Source: Candidatus Eiseniibacteriota bacterium (GTDB taxonomy: Bacteria; Eisenbacteria; RBG-16-71-46). From it: DNA of 64,000 bases. The notes below the pieces were generated by a model, which did no database searches, was not told the origin of the DNA, and saw only the letters and a program-made list of their open reading frames with translations. Position 1 is the stretch's first letter. Each line of letters starts with the position of its first letter. Below are positions 24,067-36,820 of this stretch, piece by piece. Where the stretch lies: assembly GCA_963707915.1 (NCBI GenBank), contig OY970178.1:2496001-2560000 (forward strand), given 5' to 3'. Position numbers and translations under genes: made by a program.

Positions 24067-24675
24067 CTATCCGGCACGCGGGCGCCGGTTCGTGAGGCGG
24101 ATCGCGTCCAGGCTCGCGGCGGCCAGTTCCGCGACCGTGCGCACGCCCCGATCGCTCTCCCAGCGCGCCGCCAGCACGCGGAGCAACCGCGCGGTGGTGA
24201 GCGCGTCGCCCAGGGCGCGGTGCGCGGCCTCGGGCGGCAGCTTGAAGCGGGAAGCGAGGGCGACCAGCGAGTTGCTGCCCGGATCGCCCAGCCCTCGCGC
24301 CAGGCCGAGCGTGTCCACCACCGGGTGGGACAGCGGGAGGCGACCGCCGGCCCGCAGCAGCGCAGCCAGGAAGGGCAGGTCGAAGGCCGCGTTGTGGAAG
24401 ACGAGCGTGCGTCCGGCGCAGCGCCGCTCGAGCTCGGCCGCCACCGCCGCCGGGACCGGGGCGTCCCGCACCATCGGGTCCGTGATCCCGTGCACGGCCG
24501 AGGCGTCCGGCGGGATGGGCCGGCCCGGGTTCACGAGCGTGGTCCAGGTCTCCCCGATCTCGCCGTCGTCGAGCGCGACCCAGGCGACCTCGACCAGCCC
24601 GTGCCCCAGCCCGGGATCGAGCCCGGTGGTCTCGGTGTCGAGCACTGCGAGCCGGGCACCGTCCAGCAGGGTCAT
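24067..24675 (-). CDS. DEDDh 3'-5' exonuclease (DnaQ-like)
   Basis: LDTETTG, HNAAFD, HRALGDA. Confidence 0.9.
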   Translation of the reverse strand: MTLLDGARLAVLDTETTGLDPGLGHGLVEVAWVALDDGEIGETWTTLVNPGRPIPPDASAVHGITDPMVRDAPVPAAVAAELERRCAGRTLVFHNAAFDLPFLAALLRAGGRLPLSHPVVDTLGLARGLGDPGSNSLVALASRFKLPPEAAHRALGDALTTARLLRVLAARWESDRGVRTVAELAAASLDAIRLTNRRPRAG

Positions 24676-24706
24676 GCGCGCGCCGCCCGTCCCGCCACGA
24701 GCCGCA

Positions 24707-25225
24707 TCAGCGGCGCGGGCCGGCCCGGCCGGACTTCGCCGCGCGCTGGAAGTCCTCGAACCGCTCGCCGCGCTGGGCGTGGCCGTCCCCGATGAAGCGC
24801 AGCAGCAGGAGGAAGTCCTGGGGCGGCGAGTAACCCGGGACGGCCCCGAGGAGGACCCCCTTCGAGTCCAGGAACACGGTCGTCGGATAGCTGGTCGCGC
24901 CGAGACGCGCCGCGAGGGTCCGCGAGGTGTGCGTCCGCCCCTCGTAGCGCGCCGCGGCACGGCCCTCGGCATCGAGCTTCACCGTCACGAACTTCCGGGA
25001 GAGGTAGTCCTGCACGTCGGCCCGGGCGTAGACGTCCCGGTCCATGCGCTTACACCATCCGCACCAGTCCGTGTAGACGTCCACCAGCACCGGGCGGCCC
25101 GAGGTCGCGGCCTCGCGCAGGCCCGCGTCCCACGACCGCCACGCCGCGCCGGCCCAGGCGCTCGCGGGGTGGTAGGACAGCGTGACGGCCAGGGCGCAGA
25201 GCGCGGGGAAGAGAACTCGTCTCAT
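24707..25225 (-). CDS. Exported thioredoxin-fold protein (SoxW-like)
   Basis: Signal peptide, YTDWCGWCKRM, YPTTVFLD. Confidence 0.85.
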   Translation of the reverse strand: MRRVLFPALCALAVTLSYHPASAWAGAAWRSWDAGLREAATSGRPVLVDVYTDWCGWCKRMDRDVYARADVQDYLSRKFVTVKLDAEGRAAARYEGRTHTSRTLAARLGATSYPTTVFLDSKGVLLGAVPGYSPPQDFLLLLRFIGDGHAQRGERFEDFQRAAKSGRAGPRR

Positions 25226-25362
25226 CGAAGCACCTCGAAGGTCCCGGGCAGCGTGGGGGAGCGGGGAGCGCACCCATCGTACCATGAGAGCCACGGGGCC
25301 CCCGCGGGGATCCGGGGCCGCGGGGCCCCGCCCCGGCCGGGCCCGCCGCGTTCCGGGAACGT

Positions 25363-26196
25363 TCAGCCGAACACCGTGTGCCGCAGCGTTTCCGCGATGC
25401 GCCGCGGGTCGAACCACGCCCCGCACAGGCGGACCGTGCCGAACTGGCCTGGGTTCACCACCACGGTGCGGCCGATCGTGTCGCGCCAGGCGCCCGAGAC
25501 CCGCGGCGCCTCGTGGATGTGGCCGCACAGGACGAGCGGCGGCTGGCGGCGCTCCACGAACGCCCGGATCGCGCGCGAGCCGACGTGGACCCGCGCGCCG
25601 ATCAGGTCGCAGCGGGTGTCGCGCGGCGGCGAGTGCAGCACGTAGAGCGTCTCCGGGCCGGCCAGCGCCGACAGCTCCTCGAGCGCGTCGGCGATCGTGG
25701 GCGTGCGCCGCGCGGGATCGAAGCGCATCGGCTCGATCCCGCCGGCGCGGCTCCGCCAGCCGTCCAGGCGCGGCGGGTCCTCCGCCGCGTCGTCCTCCCA
25801 GCGTTCCCAGTCCTTCATGCCGAAGGGGGTGATGGGGACCCACGACAGGCCGGCGACCTCCACGCCCGCCACCTCCGTCACCCGCCCGTGCAACGCGCGC
25901 CAGAGCGTCCCGTCGTGGGCCTCGAGCACGTCCTGGTTGGCGCTCCAGTCGTCGTTGCCCAGCAGCACGAGCAGCTCGAGCCCCGGGGCGGCCTCCCGCA
26001 CGCGGCGCGCGAACTCGACGAAGAAGCCCTGCAGGAAGAGCCGCTGGCGCCCCACGCCGTCCTCGCCCGCCCCGTGGGGCGCGAGGTCACCGCCCAGCAG
26101 CAGCGCCGCCGGGCGGTGGGCCGCCACGAGCGCCACGAGTTGCTCGTAGAGGGCGTTCTGGCCGTGCAGGTCGGAGGTGAACAGCCATTCGGACAT
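25363..26196 (-). CDS. Metallophosphoesterase (Icc-related)
   Basis: SDLHG, GGD, GNDD, HSPP, GHIHE, NPG. Confidence 0.88.
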   Translation of the reverse strand: MSEWLFTSDLHGQNALYEQLVALVAAHRPAALLLGGDLAPHGAGEDGVGRQRLFLQGFFVEFARRVREAAPGLELLVLLGNDDWSANQDVLEAHDGTLWRALHGRVTEVAGVEVAGLSWVPITPFGMKDWERWEDDAAEDPPRLDGWRSRAGGIEPMRFDPARRTPTIADALEELSALAGPETLYVLHSPPRDTRCDLIGARVHVGSRAIRAFVERRQPPLVLCGHIHEAPRVSGAWRDTIGRTVVVNPGQFGTVRLCGAWFDPRRIAETLRHTVFG

Positions 26197-26425
26197 GCGG
26201 AGGTCCCTTCCCCGGGGTTTCGTGCCGGGCCCGACTCTATCGGAGCGGTTCCGGCACCGGCAATGGCGCCGGCGCTCCGGGACCCCGCCCGGCCCACGGC
26301 CGCCCGGACGGCCCGCGCCCCGGACTCCACGCCCCCTTGACCTTCGCGCCCCCGGCTTCTGATACTCTTGACGCCGAACCGCTGCGCTCTCGTGGTCCTT
26401 GCCGCCCTGCCGAAAGGAAGAATGC

Positions 26426-27667
26426 ATGTCCCCGACGCTGCGCACCCACGCAGTCCACCTGCTCGCCGCGCTGACGCTCGCGCTCGCCGCCGCCGCTCCG
26501 TGCGCGGCCGCAGGCCCGTCCGGCGAGTTGCTCCTGAATCCCGGGTTCGAGGACTCGCTCGAGGCCCATCCGTGGATGCCGTCGGCCTGGGACACGGCCC
26601 AGACCACGCTGCCCACGGTGTTCTTCGGCCGCGACACCTTCCTCGTGCACGGCGGCCGCTACGCGGTGAGCATCGCGAACACCAGCACGCTCGTGCCGGT
26701 CTGGCACAACTGGAACCAGATCGTCCTCGTGGGCCCCGAGTCGTGGGGCAAGGACCTGGTCCTCTCGGTGTGGACGCGGAGCAACGGGCTCCAGGGACGC
26801 GCCTACGTCCTGCTGCAGGCCTACCGCGACACCATCGGCAAGATGTCGAAGGTCTGGGGCGTGCCGCGCGAGCTGGCCGGGAAGCGTCTCGGCATCAACC
26901 CGCTGGACGACCCGATGATCGACCTGGGCTGGAAGCGCGTCTACTTCAGCGACCCCGAGACCGAGTGGGTGCGGCGCGAAGTGCGCACCTTCGTGCCGCG
27001 CAGCACGAACGTGGTCAACGTGCGCTGCGGGCTCGTGGGCACGGGCCAGGTGATCTTCGACGACGCATCGCTCAAGCTGGAGCCCGCGCGGCCCGCGCCC
27101 GTGCCGCCCGCGCACGTGAACCTGCTGCTGGACCCGGGCTTCGAGGGCGACGGCAACGACTGGGAGTACTCGATGCCGCCGTACGCCGGGCTGCGCATCG
27201 ACCGGGACACGACGGTGTCGCACTCGGGCAAGGCCTCCATCCGCTTCACGGCCAGCAAGGATGGGCTCTTCCAGTCCCGCGTCGGCGTCTGCCAGGTGCT
27301 GGGCAGGGGCTTCGCGGGCAAGCGCATGCGCCTCTCGGCCTGGGTGAAGACCGACAGCCTGCGGGGCAGCGTGACCTCGCTCCGGCTCTACGCGAACTGC
27401 CTCCAGCGCGGGATGGTCCAGAGCGAACCCGTGAAGGGATTCGACCTCACCAGCGACTGGTCGCCGGTCTCGCTCGAGATGGACGTGCCGTCGGACGCGG
27501 TCGAGTTGTGGGCGTGGCTCGCCTACACGGTGCCCTCGAGCGGGACCGTGTGGTACGACGACGCCTCGCTCGAAGTGCTGGGCCCGTCGAGCGAGGCGGG
27601 CAAGGCGCCCCGACCTCCCGCGAAGCGGCCGGGCGCGCCCGCCACGAAGCCGCCGGCCACCCGCTGA
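26426..27667 (+). CDS. Secreted protein with two tandem galactose-binding-like (CBM4/9-type) domains
   Basis: Signal peptide; repeated LLLNPGFE / LLLDPGFE ... FDDASLK / YDDASLE. Confidence 0.7.
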   Translation: MSPTLRTHAVHLLAALTLALAAAAPCAAAGPSGELLLNPGFEDSLEAHPWMPSAWDTAQTTLPTVFFGRDTFLVHGGRYAVSIANTSTLVPVWHNWNQIVLVGPESWGKDLVLSVWTRSNGLQGRAYVLLQAYRDTIGKMSKVWGVPRELAGKRLGINPLDDPMIDLGWKRVYFSDPETEWVRREVRTFVPRSTNVVNVRCGLVGTGQVIFDDASLKLEPARPAPVPPAHVNLLLDPGFEGDGNDWEYSMPPYAGLRIDRDTTVSHSGKASIRFTASKDGLFQSRVGVCQVLGRGFAGKRMRLSAWVKTDSLRGSVTSLRLYANCLQRGMVQSEPVKGFDLTSDWSPVSLEMDVPSDAVELWAWLAYTVPSSGTVWYDDASLEVLGPSSEAGKAPRPPAKRPGAPATKPPATR

Positions 27668-27730
27668 AGCCACGACCGGGGCGCGCGCCCGCGAGCCGCG
27701 CCCCGGTCGCGCTTCGGCGCTCCCACGCCG

Positions 27731-27760
27731 TTGACAACGGTCAGACCCGGGGTACACACT
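27731..27760 (+). promoter_or_regulatory. sigma70-type promoter with no downstream sense ORF
   Basis: Perfect TTGACA at 27731, then TACACACT at 27753-27760. Confidence 0.55.
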
Positions 27761-27766
27761 CCGGAT

Positions 27767-28006
27767 GCAGCCGGGCAGGAAGTCTCCTCTGGCAGGGAGC
27801 TTTCGAACCCGACCCGGGGTCGCGTTCGCTGCGCGCGACCAGTCGAGCGCTCGAACTCGCGGGATCTTCAAGAGCGAGGTGTTCCGCAGGGAGGGCGGTG
27901 CGGCCGAGCGGGCGGGGGCTGCGCGACGCACGAAACGCCGGCCCGGGCGATTCCCTCTCGTGTGGTCAGGAGCCTCCCCCCCCTCCACACGAAGCGCCGG
28001 TCGGCC
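27767..28006 (+). ncRNA. Candidate structured ncRNA
   Basis: GCAGCC (27767) pairs with GGCTGC (27917-27922) around nested stems; a second long hairpin at 27937-28006; lies between convergent genes. Confidence 0.5.
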
Positions 28007-28024
28007 GGAACGCGTCGAGCGCGG

Positions 28025-28933
28025 TCAGGTCCGGCGCGCCAGCGCGAAGGCCTGGCGGCACGTCGCCAGGTGGATCCGGATGGTGTCGTCGAGCCGCCGC
28101 GCGTAACCGCCTCCCAGCGTCACCGCCACCGGCACGCTGCGTCGCGCGCAGCCTTCCAGCACCATCACGTCGCGCGCCTCCAGCCCCTCGATCGACAGGG
28201 CCAGCCCGCCCAGTTGGTCCTCGCGGTAGGTGTCGGCGCCGGCCTGGTAGACCACGATCTCGGGAGCGGACTCCCAGACCCGGTCGAGCGCCCGCTCCAG
28301 CCGCTCGAGATATTCGGCGTCACCGGTCCCGTCCTCGAGCCCGACGTCGAGGTCGCCGGGCTCCTTCGGCGTGGGGTAGTTCCGCTGCTGGTGGACGGAG
28401 AACGTGAAGACCGTGTCGTCGCCGCGGAACACGCGCGCGGTGCCGTTGCCCTGGTGCACGTCGCAGTCCACCACCGCCGCCCGCCGCACCCGGCCCTCGT
28501 GCTGCAGGGTGCGGATGGCGACGGCGATGTCGTTGAGATAGCAGAAACCCTCGGCGTGGTCGGGATAGGCGTGGTGGAAGCCTCCGCCCAGGTTGATCCC
28601 GAAGCCGCGGGTCAGGGCCTCGCGCGCCGCGAGCGTGGTGCCGCCCGCGGCCAGCCGGTAGGCGTGCACGATCTCCCCGGTCAGCGGCAGCTCGGCGCTC
28701 ATGGTGCGCAGGGTCCAGCGCAGCTGCTCGAGGTCGTCCAGGTACTCGGCGCTGTGGACCCGCAGCAGGTCCTCGCGCGAGGCGGGCGCGGGCTCGAGGA
28801 AGGCGTCCCCCGCGACGTCGCCCGCGTCCACCAGGCGCTGCCGCAGGAGCCCGAACTTCTCCATCGGGAACACGTGGGTGCCGATGTCGCAGTGGTACCC
28901 GGACGAGTGGACGACGGCGGCTTCGCGGGCCAT
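28025..28933 (-). CDS. Histone deacetylase family (AcuC/AphA-like) protein
   Basis: HVFPMEK, GGGFHHA, GFCYLND, DCDVHQGNG, YQAGAD, LGGGY. Confidence 0.93.
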   Translation of the reverse strand: MAREAAVVHSSGYHCDIGTHVFPMEKFGLLRQRLVDAGDVAGDAFLEPAPASREDLLRVHSAEYLDDLEQLRWTLRTMSAELPLTGEIVHAYRLAAGGTTLAAREALTRGFGINLGGGFHHAYPDHAEGFCYLNDIAVAIRTLQHEGRVRRAAVVDCDVHQGNGTARVFRGDDTVFTFSVHQQRNYPTPKEPGDLDVGLEDGTGDAEYLERLERALDRVWESAPEIVVYQAGADTYREDQLGGLALSIEGLEARDVMVLEGCARRSVPVAVTLGGGYARRLDDTIRIHLATCRQAFALARRT

Positions 28934-29067
28934 GGAACGCATCGTGCCACGCGGCCCCGCGCGGCGCAAAAGGGGCGCCCGCACGGGCCCCTGTGTCGGC
29001 GCGGCCGGCTCGGGTACAATCCTCCACCGGCCATGACCGACCCGACCCCATCGAGCGAGGAGCTTTC

Positions 29068-30570
29068 ATGAGATCCGCCACCCTGCTCTCCCTGCTGCTG
29101 CTCGTCTGCGCGCTGCCGGCGCGGGCGGCGCTCCCGGTCACGCCCGCGCGCGCGCTGCTGCTCGAGGCGGCCACCCCCGCCAGCCTGCGCTCGCAACTGC
29201 TCGACTACGCCGCCACCGCCAGCGACCGGCTGAGCGCCGGCGAGGCGTTGGGCTACGCGGGCACGAGCTATCAGCGCGAAGGCCGCGTGGACAGCGCCAT
29301 CGTCTGCCACCGGCGCGCCTTCGAGCTGCTCCGCGACGAGCCGTCGATGCTGGCGCTGGTGGACCAGTTGCTGTTGCGGCGCGGCGCGGGGGACGCCAGC
29401 GAGGCGATCCGGCTCCTCACGGCCGCGCGCGCGGCCTCGGAGTGGGACGCGCCGCCGGCCCTGGTCGGCCGGATCGCGTGGGCGCACTTCCTCCAGGGGA
29501 AGGCCGATACCGCGGCGAAGCTCTTCGCCCTCGTCGAGGCCCCGCTGCTGCCGCGCTACGAGTGGCGCTTTCGCATGGCCCGCGTGGCGTTCACGCTCAA
29601 GGACTACCGGCGGACCGTGGACCTGCTCCTGCCGCTCGCGATCCGCTCGCGCGGCACCGACGACGCGGTGATCGAGATGCTCGATCAGGCGGGCACGGAG
29701 GCCGGGGTCGGGTCCCGCATCCGTCCCGCGGTGATCCACGGGACGACGGTCCACGACACGTCCGAGGTCTCGCTGGCGTCCGCCCTCGGCGGGCAGTTGC
29801 TCGCGTTCAGCGCCTCGGACGGCTTCCCGCTCGGCGGCCTGCTCACGCCCGCGCCACGCGCCCGGGCCGCGCGCGCCGGGGTCACCGCGCGCCGCGCGCC
29901 CGCGCTGCTCGCGGTCGTGTTGCTGGCGCCGGACGACAGCCTCGCCTCCGGCGACAGCCTCGCGTTCGCCCTGCGCCGGCACGGCGTCACGACGCTGATG
30001 CTCTACCCGCGCGGGCACGGGGCCTCCGTGGACCCCTCCTGCCCCTCCCCCGACGCCTGGTTCGACCGCGAGGCGGCCCTGCAGGAGCTCGTCGCGCGCG
30101 ACGTGGTCGACGCCATGCGCACGGCCCGCCGCTCGACCCCGGTGGACAGCACGCGCTACCTGGTCGTGGGCGTGGGGGCCAGCGCCACCATGGCGGTCGA
30201 GGCGGCGGCCCTGGATCCGCGCGTGAAGGCGCTCCTGCTCGTGAGCCCCGCACCCGCGCCGGTGGACCGTGGAGCGACGCGCGCCCGCCTGGCGCAGCTC
30301 GGCCTGCCGGTCTTCTTCCAGGCCGCGCCGGACGATTTCGACCCGACCTGCGCGATCACCGACGTCCTCTACCAGGCCTCCGACCGCGCGGCCTCGCGCG
30401 TGGTGGAGTCCCGCAGGGGCGGGCGGGGCCTCACCCAGTTCCGCCACGACCCGACCCTCGCCGCGCGCTTCCTCGCCTGGCTCGACGTCACGTTGTCGCC
30501 CCCGGCGGCGCGGCCCGCGAGCGCTCCCGCGCCGCGTCCCACTCCACGCGCACCACGCCCGCGAAGATGA
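29068..30570 (+). CDS. Secreted TPR-like plus degenerate alpha/beta-hydrolase-fold protein
   Basis: Signal peptide; helical repeats; ASDGFPLGG, YPRGHGAS, DPRVKALLLVSP. Confidence 0.7.
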   Translation: MRSATLLSLLLLVCALPARAALPVTPARALLLEAATPASLRSQLLDYAATASDRLSAGEALGYAGTSYQREGRVDSAIVCHRRAFELLRDEPSMLALVDQLLLRRGAGDASEAIRLLTAARAASEWDAPPALVGRIAWAHFLQGKADTAAKLFALVEAPLLPRYEWRFRMARVAFTLKDYRRTVDLLLPLAIRSRGTDDAVIEMLDQAGTEAGVGSRIRPAVIHGTTVHDTSEVSLASALGGQLLAFSASDGFPLGGLLTPAPRARAARAGVTARRAPALLAVVLLAPDDSLASGDSLAFALRRHGVTTLMLYPRGHGASVDPSCPSPDAWFDREAALQELVARDVVDAMRTARRSTPVDSTRYLVVGVGASATMAVEAAALDPRVKALLLVSPAPAPVDRGATRARLAQLGLPVFFQAAPDDFDPTCAITDVLYQASDRAASRVVESRRGGRGLTQFRHDPTLAARFLAWLDVTLSPPAARPASAPAPRPTPRAPRPRR

Positions 30571-31399
30571 GCGCCGCGCCCACCCACCAGCGGGGCGAGA
30601 AGCTCTCGCGACCCAGGGTGAGGGCGAAGACCACCGCGAAGACCGGCTCGAGCGCGAAGAGCAGCGCCACCCGGCCCGCGGGCAGCAGGCGCTGCGCGGA
30701 GATCTGCAGCAGCGGCGCCACGATGCTCCCCGCCGCGACGAGGTAGGCGAAGCGCCAGGCGTCCGCCGCCCCGAGCGCGGCGAAGGGCGTGGCCACGCCG
30801 CCGGTGAACGGCAGCAGGACGAGCGTCACGGTGAGGGCCTGGACCGCGCACAGCACCAGCCCGTCCGCGCCGGGGGCGAAACGCGCGAGCGTCACGATCT
30901 GCAGGCCGAAGATCGCCGCGCCGCACAGCGTCCACAACTCCCCCGCGCCCAGGCGCAGGCCCTGCGCCCCGGCCCCCAGCGACAGCAGCGCCGAGCCCGC
31001 CAGGGCCAGAAGCACCCCCTGCAGCAGCACGCCCGAGGGCCGCTGGCCGAGCAGCGGCCACGCGTAGAGGGCGACGAACAAGGTGCCCGCGCAGGTCAGG
31101 AAGGCCGAGCTGCCCGCGCTCGTCAGCGTGAGGCCGACGGCCTGCGCGAAGTAGCCCCCGGCGAAGCACGCGCCGGCGAGCACCCCGCCCAGGAGCGTGG
31201 AGCGCGTGAGCCGGCGCCGGCGCGGGAGCGCGAGCGCGACCAGCACGACGCTCGCGGCGGCGAAGCGGCCGAAGACCAGCGCCAGCGGCGGGATCGCGTG
31301 CAGGCTGTCGCGGATCACGACGAAGGTGGCGCCCCACAGCAGCGTGGCCGCCACCATCGCGCCCAGACCACGCAACTGGGTCCGGGGCACGCGTGTCAC
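30488..31399 (-). CDS. DMT/EamA family transporter
   Basis: LLWGATF, RFAAA, ALEPVFA; about 10 TM helices. Confidence 0.9.
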   Translation of the reverse strand: MTRVPRTQLRGLGAMVAATLLWGATFVVIRDSLHAIPPLALVFGRFAAASVVLVALALPRRRRLTRSTLLGGVLAGACFAGGYFAQAVGLTLTSAGSSAFLTCAGTLFVALYAWPLLGQRPSGVLLQGVLLALAGSALLSLGAGAQGLRLGAGELWTLCGAAIFGLQIVTLARFAPGADGLVLCAVQALTVTLVLLPFTGGVATPFAALGAADAWRFAYLVAAGSIVAPLLQISAQRLLPAGRVALLFALEPVFAVVFALTLGRESFSPRWWVGAALIFAGVVRVEWDAARERSRAAPPGATT

Positions 31400-31400
31400 G

Positions 31401-33905
31401 CTACTCGCCGGGCTCCGCGATGGGGTCGGCCCCGTTGCCGCTGTCGGTCTCGTCGTCCTCGCTCACCACCCGCGTGACCCCCGCCACCACGTCCGGGAGC
31501 AGCTCGCCCTCGGTGGGAGTCAGGTTCACCAGCGTGACGCCCTGGGTGTTGCGGCCCATCACGCCGATGCCCTTCACCGGCATGCGGATGAGCTGGCCGG
31601 AGCGGGTCATGATCATCAGCTCGTCACCGTCCACGACCTCCTTCACGGCCACGATGCAGCCGTTCCGCTCGGTGGTCTTGATGGTGATGATGCCCTTCCC
31701 GCCGCGGTGGGAGACCCGGTACTCGGAGATCTCGCTGCGCTTGCCGAAGCCGTGCTCGGTGACGGCCAGGAGCGTCGACTGGCGCTTGACCCCGACCATG
31801 CTCACGACCTCGTCGTCGGCGTCGTCGAGCGTCACCGCCTTGACCCCGTAGGAGGTGCGGCCCATGGCGCGCACCTCGTTCTCGTGGAACCGGATGGCGA
31901 GGCCCTGCTTCTTCGCCAGGATGATGTCCTGCGAGCCGTCGGTGAGGATGGCCTCGATGAGGCCGTCGCCTTCCTCGAGCAGGATGGCGTTGATCCCGAT
32001 CTTGCGCGGGTGGCTGTAGGCCGAGAGCACGGTCTTCTTGATCAGGCCCTTCTTCGTGGCGCACACCAGGAAGTGGTGGTCGTCGAACTCCTTGACCGCC
32101 ACCACCGCCTGGACCCGCTCCTCGCGCGCCATGCCCTCGAGGTGGTTCACCAGCGGCCGGCCCTTCGCCATCCGCCCGGCCTGCTCGATCTCGTGCACCT
32201 TGAGCCAGTAGCAGCGGCCCCGGTCGGTGAGGATCAGCAGGTAGGCGTGCGTGCTGGCCACGAACAGGTGCTCGATGAAGTCCTCTTCCTTGGTCCGCGC
32301 GCCGATCACGCCCTTGCCGCCGCGCCGCTGCGAACGGTAGGCGGCGATCTCCTGGCGCTTGATGTAGCCGGCGTGCGAGATCGTGATCACCATGTCCTTC
32401 TGCTCGATGGTGTCCTCGTAGCCGATCTCGCCCTCCTCGCCCACGATCTCGGTGCGCCGGTCGTCGCCGTACTTGTCCTTCAGGCGCCGGACCTCCTCCT
32501 GGATGATGGCGAGCATCTTCTTCGGGCTGGCGAGGATCGACCGCAGCCGCTCGATCAGCTGGATGATCTCGAGGTATTCCTGCTCGACCTTCGAGCGCTC
32601 GAGCCCGGTCAGGCGCGAGAGGCGCATCTCGAGGATGGCGTTCGCCTGGATCTCGCTCAGCTTGAACTGCGTCATCAGGCCCTGGCGCGCGGCGTCGACG
32701 TCCTTCGACCCGCGGATCAGGGCGATGACGGCGTCGAGGTGGTCGAGGGCGATCTTGAGGCCCTCGAGGATGTGGGCGCGCTTCTCGGCCTCGGCCAGGT
32801 CGAACTCGGTGCGCCGCCGCACGACCACCTGGCGGTGGAGCACGTACTGGTCCACCAGCTGGCGCAGGTTCATGACCTGCGGGCGGTTGTCCACCAGGGC
32901 CAGCATGATCGCGCCGAACGTCACCTGCAGCGGGGTGTGGACGAAGAGCTGGTTGAGCACGACCTTCGGGTTGGCGTCCTTCTTGAGCTCGATCACCACC
33001 CGCATGCCGTCGCGGTCGGACTCGTCGCGCAGGTCGCTGATGCCGGTGATCTTCCCCTGGCGCACCAGGCCGGCGATCTTCTCGAGCAGGCTCGCCTTGC
33101 TGACCTGGAAGGGGATCTCGGTCGCCACCAGGCTCATGCGCCCGGCGCGCCCCTCCTCGACCTGGACCCGCGCGCGCACCTTGATGAGGCCGCGCCCGGT
33201 CGAGTAGCAGTCGCGGATGCCCTGGCCGCCGTAGATGATGCCGCCCGTGGGGAAGTCCGGCCCCTTGACGATCTGGGCGAGCGCCTCGGGCGTGGCGTCC
33301 GGGTGCTCGATGACGTGCGCGATGGCGTCGCACACCTCGCCGAGGTTGTGCGGCGGGACCTCGGTCGCCATGCCCACCGCGATGCCCGAGCAGCCGTTGA
33401 CGAGCAGGTTCGGCAGCACGCCCGGCAGCACGGTCGGCTCCTCGAGCGTCTCGTCGTAGTTGGGCCGCAGGTTCACCGTGTTCTTCTCGAGGTCCGCGAG
33501 CATCTCGACCGCGAGGTGGGTGAGGCGGGCCTCGGTGTAGCGCATGGCCGCCGGGGCGTCGCCGTCGATCGAGCCGAAGTTGCCCTGGCCGTCCACCAGC
33601 GGGTAGCGCATGACCCAGCTCTGCGCCAGGCGCACCAGCGTCGGGTAGACCACGCCCTCGCCGTGCGGGTGGTAGTTGCCCGAGGTGTCGCCGGCGATCT
33701 TGGCGCACTTCCGGTAGCCCCGCCCCGGCGTGAGGTTCAGGTCGTTCATCGCGACCAGGATGCGGCGCTGCGAGGGCTTGAGCCCGTCGCGGACGTCGGG
33801 GAGCGCGCGCGCGACGATGACCGACATCGAGTAGTCGATGTAGCTGGTCTTCATCTCGTCTTCGATCGGCTGGTCGATGATGCGGGTGCGGTCGTTCAGT
33901 GCCAT
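31401..33905 (-). CDS. gyrA: DNA gyrase subunit A
   Basis: [24 protein letters not shown], GyrA-box QRRGGKG. Confidence 0.98.
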   Translation of the reverse strand: MALNDRTRIIDQPIEDEMKTSYIDYSMSVIVARALPDVRDGLKPSQRRILVAMNDLNLTPGRGYRKCAKIAGDTSGNYHPHGEGVVYPTLVRLAQSWVMRYPLVDGQGNFGSIDGDAPAAMRYTEARLTHLAVEMLADLEKNTVNLRPNYDETLEEPTVLPGVLPNLLVNGCSGIAVGMATEVPPHNLGEVCDAIAHVIEHPDATPEALAQIVKGPDFPTGGIIYGGQGIRDCYSTGRGLIKVRARVQVEEGRAGRMSLVATEIPFQVSKASLLEKIAGLVRQGKITGISDLRDESDRDGMRVVIELKKDANPKVVLNQLFVHTPLQVTFGAIMLALVDNRPQVMNLRQLVDQYVLHRQVVVRRRTEFDLAEAEKRAHILEGLKIALDHLDAVIALIRGSKDVDAARQGLMTQFKLSEIQANAILEMRLSRLTGLERSKVEQEYLEIIQLIERLRSILASPKKMLAIIQEEVRRLKDKYGDDRRTEIVGEEGEIGYEDTIEQKDMVITISHAGYIKRQEIAAYRSQRRGGKGVIGARTKEEDFIEHLFVASTHAYLLILTDRGRCYWLKVHEIEQAGRMAKGRPLVNHLEGMAREERVQAVVAVKEFDDHHFLVCATKKGLIKKTVLSAYSHPRKIGINAILLEEGDGLIEAILTDGSQDIILAKKQGLAIRFHENEVRAMGRTSYGVKAVTLDDADDEVVSMVGVKRQSTLLAVTEHGFGKRSEISEYRVSHRGGKGIITIKTTERNGCIVAVKEVVDGDELMIMTRSGQLIRMPVKGIGVMGRNTQGVTLVNLTPTEGELLPDVVAGVTRVVSEDDETDSGNGADPIAEPGE

Positions 33906-33963
33906 GCCCTCGTCCCTGCTTCACGCCCGGCGGGGAGCCCGCCCGGGCGACGGTCCTGTCGTC

Positions 33964-34568
33964 CTAGCGCCAGGTGATGTCGAGGCCGGCGCTCATGAAA
34001 CGGCCTTCGTGGTCGTTGAACAGGCGGTGGTAGCGGACGACCGCCCCCAGGGCGACGTGGCCGCCGAGTGGCCGGCGCATCCCCGCCCCGAGGCTGAAGC
34101 CCGCCGAGCCGAGGCTGCCGAGCTTGTGGCCGCGCAGGTCGTCGGCGATCCGGTACCAGCCCCAGCTCGCGCTGGCGAAGGGGACCGTGCGGAACACCGG
34201 CGGCGCCGAGACGTCGAGCCGCCAGGAGGCGCCCCAGGCGGCGCGGTGGACCTGCTCGACCTTCCCGCCGGCGATCCCGTGGCCCTGCTCGTCCCGCAGG
34301 CTGTCCACCGTCGAGCCGGCGTCGTCGCCGTGGAGCATCACTCCGAAAGCGACCCGCGGCGCCACCGGCCACAGCATCGAGAGCGAGGCCGAGGAGCCGC
34401 CGTCGGACGGCTCGCCGACCACCGCGAACGTGCTGCCCACCGAGGCGCCCAGCTCCGGGCGCAGCGTCCCGGCCCACGCGGCGCCCGGCACCAGCAGCAC
34501 CGCCAACAGCCCAAACCCCGTCCACTTCTTCGTCCGGCTCGACTGCACAGGCGTCGTTGGTCTCGTCA

Positions 34569-34569
<1 letters not shown>
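33964..34569 (-). CDS. Small outer-membrane beta-barrel protein between gyrB and gyrA
   Basis: ATG overlaps the gyrB TGA; signal peptide (GFGLLAVLLVPGAAWA); alternating beta-strands; ends SAGLDITWR. Confidence 0.7.
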
Positions 34570-36817
<2,248 letters not shown>

Positions 36818-36820
36818 GCG

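Noticed and set aside
27773..27797. Minus-strand GCCAGAGGAGACTTCCTGCC resembling the 3' end of a cobalamin riboswitch
   Set aside because: The other B12-element motifs are absent and no minus-strand gene lies downstream.
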